Below, piece after piece: positions 1 to 7,500 of a stretch of 64,000 bases of DNA. The stretch is from Podarcis pityusensis (taxonomy: Eukaryota): the NCBI GenBank assembly GCA_964106645.2, contig OZ067044.1. One strand, 5' to 3'. Numbering within the stretch: position 1 is the first letter of the stretch; every line of letters starts with the position of its first letter. The position numbers and the translations under genes are program-made. Under the pieces are notes generated by a model. It did no database searches. It saw nothing but the letters and a program-made list of their open reading frames with translations, and was not told the origin of the DNA.

Positions 1-1084
1 ACGTTTCTGAAGATTTTACCCCTCAGGGCCCCTACACTTTCATGGTATGCTGGGATGCATTTATTGACATGCAACATTTGGTCAAGCTTAAATATCTATG
101 GTGAGGTGGCAACTGGAAGAGGCAGAGTTCGCTCACAAAGTCTGGCAGGTCTGCTTGTGAGCACTAAATAGTAGTCTCAGAATGCCACTCAAACTGAGGC
201 ATTTGGACCAGTTTCTGGTCAGTGACATGCTGAATATATGCAAGAATGCAGATTATAACCTAGATATGTAGGGACACAGTAGCAGTGGCTTTTCAGAGCC
301 CTCATATTGTCTTTCTTGAAAGGTCTGGAAATGCAGAAGCACAACAAATCTTCCCAAGCTGACACAATTTAGAAATGCACGTTATTGTTTCAAGCTGATA
401 TTCTGCCTTCAGGAAAGGATACCAAAGTGACATATTGAAGTCATAAATTGCTGGTATGTCAATTTGCCTAGTAATATCTTCCATTATAAGCAGTGCTATT
501 TTTCTAGAAAAAGAGATGCCAGAACTTGCCATTGATGCCTTCCTTGTTCTCTTATAATGGCAATGGTGCCCACCTGAGAGGTTCCAGAACTGAGATCTAG
601 TGAGTTTCGGCTGGAAAAAAAATCAACCCTGATTATAAACTTGATTTGGGGACAACAGATTATTACATAAAATAAGTGGATCTTCTAGGGAGCCCTGGGA
701 ATACTGAAGAATGAACAAAGGGTATACTTGTTATTGTTTTTTTAGACTTTCTTGATAGCTCCAGTCTCAAATTGCTCTTCAGTTCAAAGTTTCATTGCAA
801 GACATATCAGATATGCCATATGAACAATTAGTGGGCCTTGGTTGTAATAAAAATAGCTCTGATTGCTGCTTATAGTAGTTGACAACTGCAAATAGTTCAC
901 GCTAGAAAAATGCACTGGACCCAATCCAACCATATGAATTGTGCAACCCTGTCAAACAAGGAGTAATCATGCAAGTGACTGTTTCTTTTTTGGGGGGCGG
1001 GGTGGAAATAGGAATAGTGTGCAGAGTAGAGACTTGTTTGTCCTCCTACTCCTCTCAGACAAATGAACAAGCGGCGTTATACAC

Positions 1085-1177
1085 TATTTTTGTTCTTATC
1101 TTGTATTTTTATGTTGTGAACCACCCTGTGATCTTGGATGAGGGACAGTATACAAATTTAATAAGCAATAATAATAG
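1085..1177 (+). mobile_element. L2-type LINE 3' tail fragment
   Basis: ttttatgttgtgaaccaccctgtgatc...gtatacaaatttaataa followed by (AAT)n; the same tail recurs at ~33400, ~56060 and ~59960. Confidence 0.55.
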
Positions 1178-1180
1178 CTA

Positions 1181-1363
1181 ACACCAAGTCAGACTGTTGG
1201 TCTATCAATACGGAGTGGCCCTCACTGACTGGCAGTGGCACTATAGGGTTTTGAGGCAGGGGCCTCTCATAGGCCCACCTGCAGATGCTGGGTTGTTCAA
1301 CCTGGGATCTTCTGTATGCAAAGATGCAAAGCAGATGCTCAACCACCGAGCTACAGCCCTTCC
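1181..1363 (-). mobile_element. tRNA-derived squamate SINE (Squam3-like)
   Basis: Minus strand starts gggctgtagctcggtggttgagcatctgctttgc (A-box-like tRNA head); related copies at ~12884, ~46545, ~52108, ~53568, ~57185. Confidence 0.6.
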
Positions 1364-1371
1364 AGGGCTAC

Positions 1372-1635
1372 TGTTATGTACTGAAGTTCTCACCCTGGGC
1401 CAGCAGGGGGATACTGTAGATAGATTTCACTCAGGTCCACATATGCAAATAAGGGATTGAAAGTGACATTCAGTGATTGGATAGTTACAGAAAATGGTTA
1501 CTGTTGCGTTCTAGTGGGGCTCTATATAAGCAGGCTGGCTGAACCCTTCAGTTCAGTTCTGTTCTGGCCTGTGAATAAACAAGAGCTGTTTGAAGAATTG
1601 CTGTGTCGTCTGATATGTTCACCCACAACGTAACA
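1372..1635 (+). mobile_element. Solo LTR (264 bp) from a second LTR retrotransposon family
   Basis: TGTTA...TAACA inverted termini; perfect 5-bp TSD GCTAC (1367-1371 and 1636-1640); TATATAA 1523-1529; AATAAA 1574-1579. Confidence 0.85.
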
Positions 1636-2009
1636 GCTACAACCAGTGTTATCACTGGGAGTGGCAAAGTACATACAGCCCTGTCTGCCAGATGAATTTG
1701 GGGGGATTCGCTTCAGCAGCCACCTCTATCTCAGCATCATTACTATTGGTTTCCAGCTAAATCAAACATTATTTTACTGAGTTAAGATATGAAACTGCTG
1801 TAAATAAATGATCCAAAGTAAGTGGCTTGCAGTCTTTCTCCTCTTGTCAGCAGAGACTCCTGTAGGTTACAATCCAGTGTAGTTTGGGGCTAGAAAGGGC
1901 AACACTGACTGGCATTAAGCTGAAGGAGAGATTTATGCAAGGCTGTGATTAACATATGTTTACACATTGCTTTGCTGAAGTTCCACAGAGAGATATTGTG
2001 ATTAAGTAG

Positions 2010-2417
2010 TGTCAGGGAACTGCCATCGGAAGGAAGGGAAGTGAAAGGGCTCACACAGGTTGGGAGAGACTCAGCAGCTGAAGAGGGAACCAGTAGGGGG
2101 AGAGGAGCTGAGCTGAGGGAAAGGGAGCTGGAGGGATGGCTCAGAGACACTTCCAGCGAAAACAGTGGGGAGGTTTCAGGACCTCCTGTAGGGACACCCA
2201 CTCCTCGCCGGAAACTGTCACGCAGAGAGTCCAGAAGACGTGTTTCCGTTAAGGAGCTTTTATGTTGGAAGCGATTCCGAAAGCAACCACTGTCGGAATC
2301 TGCCAGCGACTGACGGAGCCATGTTTAAGGGGCTCCGTTACAGACAGAGGTTTGCAAACTTGACCAAACTCTGAGGGACTAGGATTTTACACACAAGCAG
2401 CTCATCGTCCCCTCACA
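2010..2417 (+). repeat. 5' LTR
   Basis: TGTCAGGGAAC...GTCCCCTCACA (9/11 inverted termini); no difference seen by eye from 7093-7500. Confidence 0.97.
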
Positions 2418-2419
2418 GC

Positions 2420-2430
2420 ATTCCGACAGT
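2420..2430 (+). promoter_or_regulatory. Self-priming primer-binding site (Tf1 type)
   Basis: ATTCCGACAGT lies 2 nt after the LTR and is the exact reverse complement of ACTGTCGGAAT at 2289-2299; no TGG-starting tRNA PBS. Confidence 0.85.
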
Positions 2431-2462
2431 CTTCGTGAGCAGCTTGTGCAGGAGAAGGCATC

Positions 2463-3476
2463 ATGAGCAACCCAGCCGGAACCGGAGAAGCAGGAGCTGG
2501 AGCGGGTCCAAGCCTGGAAGAAAGGTACCGGGTGTTGGAGGTCCAGCTAGCGCTGCAGACGGCGAGGCTTGAGGAGAGGAGGGCTCAGGATGCAGACAAA
2601 AAGGGGAAAGACACCCAGCTCGTCAGAAAGGTACCAGGATTGGTGCAGAAGTTTGGGGGGGAGCCCAAAGACTATCATGGCTTTCGGACAGAGATGCAAT
2701 ATGCCCTCAATCTGCAGTTTGATGAATTCCCTGACGAGGAATCACGAGTGGCTTTCGTGATTGGGCATCTTGAAAAGGGGGCGAGAGACTGGGTTAGACC
2801 CCTGATGGCAGCGAATAGTGACGTCCTAAAGGACACGATGAAGTTCTTTCGCGCCATGGATCTGATGTTTTCCAGCGATATTGAACAGGGAGTGGTCCGC
2901 AGACAGTTAATGGCTTGCAAACAGGGGAGCCGATCTGTCCGTGAGTACTGGACTGAGTTCACCATGTTGATCCATAAATTGGGGTGGGATCTATCGGCGG
3001 AACCCATTCAAATGCTCTTTGAAGAAGGGCTTTCTTCGGCTGTGAAAGACGAACTTTCCCGGGCGCCCAGGGCGGAGTCTATGGACCAGCTGACCAAATC
3101 AGCGCTGACCATAGGAGCGCGCCAGGAGGCGAGAGCATTGGAGAGGCGGGAAGGGAAGGGGGAACGTTGGAAGGAGTTCCGCATTCCAGACATTCCAGAG
3201 CCAACTTTCCCGCCGGCAGAGCCGATGGAAATCGGAACAGCGCGCGCGCGCGCAGTTTCAAAGCCCAGTGAGGGGGGAAAGAAGGAGGGAAAAGGCGCCC
3301 GGAAATGCTATCTCTGCCAACAGCCAGGTCACTTTGCCAGAGTCTGCCCCCAGAGGAAGGAATGGCAAGGGATGGTAGGAGTTGTGGAGGGAAGAGAGGA
3401 AGAAATACCGAAGCAAGTAAAAGCCAACGCCTGGCTGCCACCGTCGGGGCACAGCAGCCAGGCCAAAGAGCAGTGA
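2463..3476 (+). CDS. gag: Gag polyprotein (sushi/PEG10/RTL1-like capsid plus CCHC zinc knuckle), 337 aa
   Basis: KFGGEP and KQGSRSVREY capsid motifs, EPMEIG motif, CYLCQQPGHFARVC knuckle; ATG 45 nt after the LTR. Confidence 0.95.
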   Translation: MSNPAGTGEAGAGAGPSLEERYRVLEVQLALQTARLEERRAQDADKKGKDTQLVRKVPGLVQKFGGEPKDYHGFRTEMQYALNLQFDEFPDEESRVAFVIGHLEKGARDWVRPLMAANSDVLKDTMKFFRAMDLMFSSDIEQGVVRRQLMACKQGSRSVREYWTEFTMLIHKLGWDLSAEPIQMLFEEGLSSAVKDELSRAPRAESMDQLTKSALTIGARQEARALERREGKGERWKEFRIPDIPEPTFPPAEPMEIGTARARAVSKPSEGGKKEGKGARKCYLCQQPGHFARVCPQRKEWQGMVGVVEGREEEIPKQVKANAWLPPSGHSSQAKEQ

Positions 3477-6400
3477 AAGTGCCCACGCCAGAACCTCCTA
3501 AACCCGCCCTAGTGATAGAAGTGGCGCTAGAGCTGCCAAACGGACACCCTCTAAAGATAAAGGCGCTGTTGGACTCAGGCAGCTCCTGCAATTTCATGAG
3601 CAAAGAGTTTGCAGCTGAACACCAGATACAGACGATCCCTTTAAGCAACCCCCTGCAGGTGACCACGATCGATGGCAGGGAGCTGTTGGGAGGAGAAGTC
3701 AGCTTGCAGACCGTCCCAATGATAATGAAGGTGGCAAGGCACACCGAACTGATAGCGTTTAATGTGGCCACCTTGGGAGGAGCTCCCATTATATTGGGGA
3801 TGAGCTGGCTAGCGTTACATGATCCGCTGGTGGGCTGGCATCAGAGAGTAGTTTCTTTTGGTTCAGCACATTGCTTAGAACACTGCAAAGAGGGAAAGGG
3901 TTTGGCAGGGGCCCAAGCCACCCTAGCAGGGACTGAAGTAACGGAGAACGTGAAGGTACCACGACAATACGCAGATCTCCGCGACGTCTTCAGCGAAAGG
4001 GAAGCTGACCAACTACCCCCGCATAGACCCTTTGACTGTCAAATCAATTTACTCCCTGGGGCACAGCTCCCTGTAGGCAAGCTGTACGCCATGTCAGACA
4101 GAGAGATGCAGGAGCTAAGAGAGTTCATTGACAAGAACCTGAAGAGAGGGTTCATCAGAGAGTCCAGGGCGGTGGGGGGCAGCCCAGTGTTTTTTGTGGA
4201 TAAAAAAAACACGAACAAGCCGAGGCTTGTGTGTGACTTCAGGGCCTTAAATGCAGTGTCAGAACCAGTGGCTTTCCCTATGCCCAGGATTGACGACATT
4301 TTGACAAGGGTCAGGAAGGGAAAGATTTTTACTAAACTGGACCTAAGGGGGGCGTACAACCTGATACGAATAAGGAAGGGGGATGAATGGAAAACCACCA
4401 TGTTCACCCCTTTGGGGGCATTTGAATATTTAGTTATGCCCTTCGGCCTACAAGGAGGCTCCGCGTGCTTTCAATCGTTTATGAACCACGTCCTGGGGCC
4501 TTTGCTTTACAAGAATTGTGTGGCCTTCTTAGACGACGTGTTGGTGTATTCTGAGAATGAGGAGCAGCATGTGAGAGACGTCAGAGAAGTGTTGAGCAGG
4601 CTGCAAGCCAACCAGCTGTGGGTGAAACTGGAGAAGTGTCAGTTTCATACCAAGGAGGTGGAATTCCTGGGGTATCGCCTGTCAGACAAGGGATTGGCCA
4701 TGGATCCCGGCAAGGTCCAGGCGGTGCTGGAATGGAAAACACCCAAAACAAGGAAGGATGTGCAGAGGTTCCTAGGATTTGGGAACTTCTATCGTAAGTT
4801 CATCCGAAACTTTGCCCACCTGACGGCGCCCATTACGGACTGTCTCAGCAGTAAGAAGAAGTTCGTTTGGACTGAGGAGGCGGAGCGAGCATTTGAGGAA
4901 CTAAAAAGGGCCTTCGCCTCGGAACAACAACTCCTGCATGTGGATTTACAAAAACCGATGAGAGTGGAAACTGACGCATCAGACAGAGCTATTGGGGCGG
5001 TGCTTCTGCAGCCAGGGAAGGAGGAGTCAGAGTGGAGACCGTGTGCCTTTTTTTCGCGAAAGCTGAACAAATCCGAGAGGAACTACACGGTGTATGACCG
5101 AGAACTACTAGCCATTCATGAGGCGTTCCGGAGATGGAGGCACCTGCTAATTGGCGCACAACATAAGGTGCAAGTGTGCACTGACCACAAGAACCTAGAG
5201 TATTGGAGGACGGCACGAGTGCTCAACCAACGGCAAGTGAGATGGGCCCAGGAGTTCTCCAAATTTAACTTTGAGATTTGTTACGTGCCAGGCCCAGAGA
5301 ACATTAGGGCGGACGCTCTCTCACGCAAACCTGAATATTTGGAGGGGGAGGGAGCACCCGAAGAGAGACATGTCATTCCAGAGGACCGCTGGGTGTGTGG
5401 GGCGGCATTGGTGGGACAAAGAGAACTGGTAGAGGAAACAGAGAATGATGAATACGCCCAGAATAAGCTCAGAGGTCTTAGGGGTGAGGGAGAGGAACCA
5501 GGGGGTTTCGAGGAAAGAAATGGAGCTTTGTATTACAAAGGGGCACTGTATATCCCTGAAGGAGACTTAAGGGGGAGGGTACTCAAGCAGTTGCACGACA
5601 GCCCCACGGCGGGGCATTTTGGACAACACAAAACCATGTGGTTGGTCACCAGGGAATTTTGGTGGCCTAAGGTGAGGGAAGATGTACGGGAGTATGTAAG
5701 AGGGTGTGAGCAATGCCAGCGAGCCAAAGGGGAGAGGCGGGCACCGGCGGGGCTATTAGAACCCTTACCAACCCCAGAACGACCTTGGGAGGCAGTGTCG
5801 ATAGATTTTATGACTGATCTGCCGAAGTCCAAGGGGAAAACAGCCATCATGGTGGTGGTAGACCTACTAACAAAGATGTGCCACTTTGTAGCCTGCTCGC
5901 ATGCAGTCACGGCGGAAGAGACAGCGAAGTTATTTGTAGAACACATTTTTAGGTTGCACGAGGTGCCATTGAGGGTGGTCTCAGACCGAGGAAAACAATT
6001 TACTTCCAGGTTCTGGAGGAAGCTCATGAGCTTACTGCAGGTGGAGGTCAACTTTTCGACTGCCCGGCACCCTGAAACCAACGGGCAGGCGGAAAGAGCA
6101 AACGGGGTCCTCCAGCAATACCTGAGGTGTTATGTCAATGACAGAGAGAATGACTGGGTAGAAAAGTTGGCGCTGGCGGAATTTGCCTACAACAATGCCG
6201 AGAATGTGTCCACAGGGATGAGCCCCTTCTTGGCTAATTATGGGTGTCATCCCAGGGCTTTCCCAGGGGGAGAAGGGGAGAGATGGGGTGTCCCGGCAGC
6301 CGAGCATTTTGTAGAAGAAATGGAAGCAATCCATCGTCAGCTCCAACTCAACTTAGAAAGGGCGAAGGAAGAATACAAGAGGCAGGCAGACAAGAACCGA

Positions 6401-7396
6401 AGGGAAGGTGAAACCATAAGGGTGGGAGATAGGGTGTGGCTGTCAACCCAAGGGTTGCCGTTTAAAGGAGGTTGTAAGAAATTAAGACCCAGGAGATTGG
6501 GTCCCTTTGAGGTCATTCAACAGGTCAACCCAGTGGCTTTCAGGCTCCGGTTACCCAACCACATGAAACTGCACCCAGTATTTCACAGGTCGTTACTGTC
6601 ACCGTATGAGGGGGGACGAGAAGGGATGGCCACTCGGGGACCGGTCATAGAAGAAAGGGAATGCAGCAGCCATGTGGCAGAAATCCTCGACGCCAGATGG
6701 AAGGGGGATCAGGTGGAGTATTTGGTAGCGTGGGAAGGAGAACCGGAGTCAGAAAACACTTGGGTAATGGCAGAAGATATCAATGACGAGGTATTGATAG
6801 AAACGTTCCATCAAAGGTTCCCAAGGAAACCTCAGCCTGTGGAGAGGTTCCGGAGGGAATACTTTGGGACCACCGATGAGGAGGAGGAGTTGGAAGGATT
6901 CTCGGAATCGGAAGGGGAAGGGGAGATGGACTCTGAGGAGGAGGAGTACTTCGAGACCAGGAACCGCAACAGGTGGAGAGAAGTGTTCGGGACATCGGAA
7001 GATGAAGGAAGTTCATTCCGGGGTTTTGCCTCCTCACCGCCCGTAGAGGAGGGGGCGAGAGGGGATGAAGGGGGCCCTGGAGGGGAGGTGGATGTCAGGG
7101 AACTGCCATCGGAAGGAAGGGAAGTGAAAGGGCTCACACAGGTTGGGAGAGACTCAGCAGCTGAAGAGGGAACCAGTAGGGGGAGAGGAGCTGAGCTGAG
7201 GGAAAGGGAGCTGGAGGGATGGCTCAGAGACACTTCCAGCGAAAACAGTGGGGAGGTTTCAGGACCTCCTGTAGGGACACCCACTCCTCGCCGGAAACTG
7301 TCACGCAGAGAGTCCAGAAGACGTGTTTCCGTTAAGGAGCTTTTATGTTGGAAGCGATTCCGAAAGCAACCACTGTCGGAATCTGCCAGCGACTGA
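3305..7396 (+). CDS. pol: Pol: aspartic protease, RT, RNase H, integrase, chromodomain and acidic/basic tail; probably made as Gag-Pol by -1 frameshift near 3416-3422
   Basis: LLDSGS (D at 3572), KLDLRGAY/MPFGL/FLDD (4526-4537), ETDAS, HHCC finger, IDF/SDRG/NGQAER (DDE), GPF, YLVAWEG..NTW; open to TGA 7394-7396; -1 frame relative to gag. Confidence 0.97.
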   Translation: MLSLPTARSLCQSLPPEEGMARDGRSCGGKRGRNTEASKSQRLAATVGAQQPGQRAVKVPTPEPPKPALVIEVALELPNGHPLKIKALLDSGSSCNFMSKEFAAEHQIQTIPLSNPLQVTTIDGRELLGGEVSLQTVPMIMKVARHTELIAFNVATLGGAPIILGMSWLALHDPLVGWHQRVVSFGSAHCLEHCKEGKGLAGAQATLAGTEVTENVKVPRQYADLRDVFSEREADQLPPHRPFDCQINLLPGAQLPVGKLYAMSDREMQELREFIDKNLKRGFIRESRAVGGSPVFFVDKKNTNKPRLVCDFRALNAVSEPVAFPMPRIDDILTRVRKGKIFTKLDLRGAYNLIRIRKGDEWKTTMFTPLGAFEYLVMPFGLQGGSACFQSFMNHVLGPLLYKNCVAFLDDVLVYSENEEQHVRDVREVLSRLQANQLWVKLEKCQFHTKEVEFLGYRLSDKGLAMDPGKVQAVLEWKTPKTRKDVQRFLGFGNFYRKFIRNFAHLTAPITDCLSSKKKFVWTEEAERAFEELKRAFASEQQLLHVDLQKPMRVETDASDRAIGAVLLQPGKEESEWRPCAFFSRKLNKSERNYTVYDRELLAIHEAFRRWRHLLIGAQHKVQVCTDHKNLEYWRTARVLNQRQVRWAQEFSKFNFEICYVPGPENIRADALSRKPEYLEGEGAPEERHVIPEDRWVCGAALVGQRELVEETENDEYAQNKLRGLRGEGEEPGGFEERNGALYYKGALYIPEGDLRGRVLKQLHDSPTAGHFGQHKTMWLVTREFWWPKVREDVREYVRGCEQCQRAKGERRAPAGLLEPLPTPERPWEAVSIDFMTDLPKSKGKTAIMVVVDLLTKMCHFVACSHAVTAEETAKLFVEHIFRLHEVPLRVVSDRGKQFTSRFWRKLMSLLQVEVNFSTARHPETNGQAERANGVLQQYLRCYVNDRENDWVEKLALAEFAYNNAENVSTGMSPFLANYGCHPRAFPGGEGERWGVPAAEHFVEEMEAIHRQLQLNLERAKEEYKRQADKNRREGETIRVGDRVWLSTQGLPFKGGCKKLRPRRLGPFEVIQQVNPVAFRLRLPNHMKLHPVFHRSLLSPYEGGREGMATRGPVIEERECSSHVAEILDARWKGDQVEYLVAWEGEPESENTWVMAEDINDEVLIETFHQRFPRKPQPVERFRREYFGTTDEEEELEGFSESEGEGEMDSEEEEYFETRNRNRWREVFGTSEDEGSSFRGFASSPPVEEGARGDEGGPGGEVDVRELPSEGREVKGLTQVGRDSAAEEGTSRGRGAELRERELEGWLRDTSSENSGEVSGPPVGTPTPRRKLSRRESRRRVSVKELLCWKRFRKQPLSESASD
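3416..3484 (+). promoter_or_regulatory. Putative -1 ribosomal frameshift signal (A_GUA_AAA plus H-type pseudoknot)
   Basis: Stem 1 GCCTGGCTGC 3429-3438 pairs with GCAGCCAGGC 3454-3463; loop GGGCAC 3447-3452 pairs with GTGCCC 3479-3484; 6-nt spacer after the heptamer. Confidence 0.7.
7079..7092 (+). promoter_or_regulatory. Polypurine tract
   Basis: GGAGGGGAGGTGGA directly before the TG of the 3' LTR. Confidence 0.8.
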
Positions 7397-7500
7397 CGGA
7401 GCCATGTTTAAGGGGCTCCGTTACAGACAGAGGTTTGCAAACTTGACCAAACTCTGAGGGACTAGGATTTTACACACAAGCAGCTCATCGTCCCCTCACA
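7093..7500 (+). repeat. 3' LTR (first 304 nt are in the pol reading frame)
   Basis: Direct repeat of 2010-2417, followed by TSD AGTAG. Confidence 0.97.

Larger units (their letters stand above)
2010..7500 (+). mobile_element. Full-length Ty3/Gypsy chromovirus (Tf1/sushi group) LTR retrotransposon
   Basis: Two 408-bp TG..CA LTRs; TSD AGTAG at 2005-2009 and 7501-7505; gag plus PR-RT-RH-IN-chromodomain pol; PPT before the 3' LTR; no env. Confidence 0.98.

Noticed and set aside
2041-2313. Independent 90-aa gene in the 5' LTR
   Set aside because: It is the duplicate of the Pol tail, starts at GTG and lies mostly upstream of the predicted TSS
3305-3307. ATG as the real pol start
   Set aside because: It lies at the start of the gag zinc-knuckle codons; the -1 overlap and pseudoknot favour frameshifting
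2675-7284. Antisense ORFs over gag/pol, or an env gene
   Set aside because: Shadow frames of a purine-rich coding strand with no recognisable motifs; no room for env
2463-7396. Domesticated host gene (PEG10/RTL1-like)
   Set aside because: Paired LTRs, TSD, PBS, PPT and intact RT/IN show a mobile element
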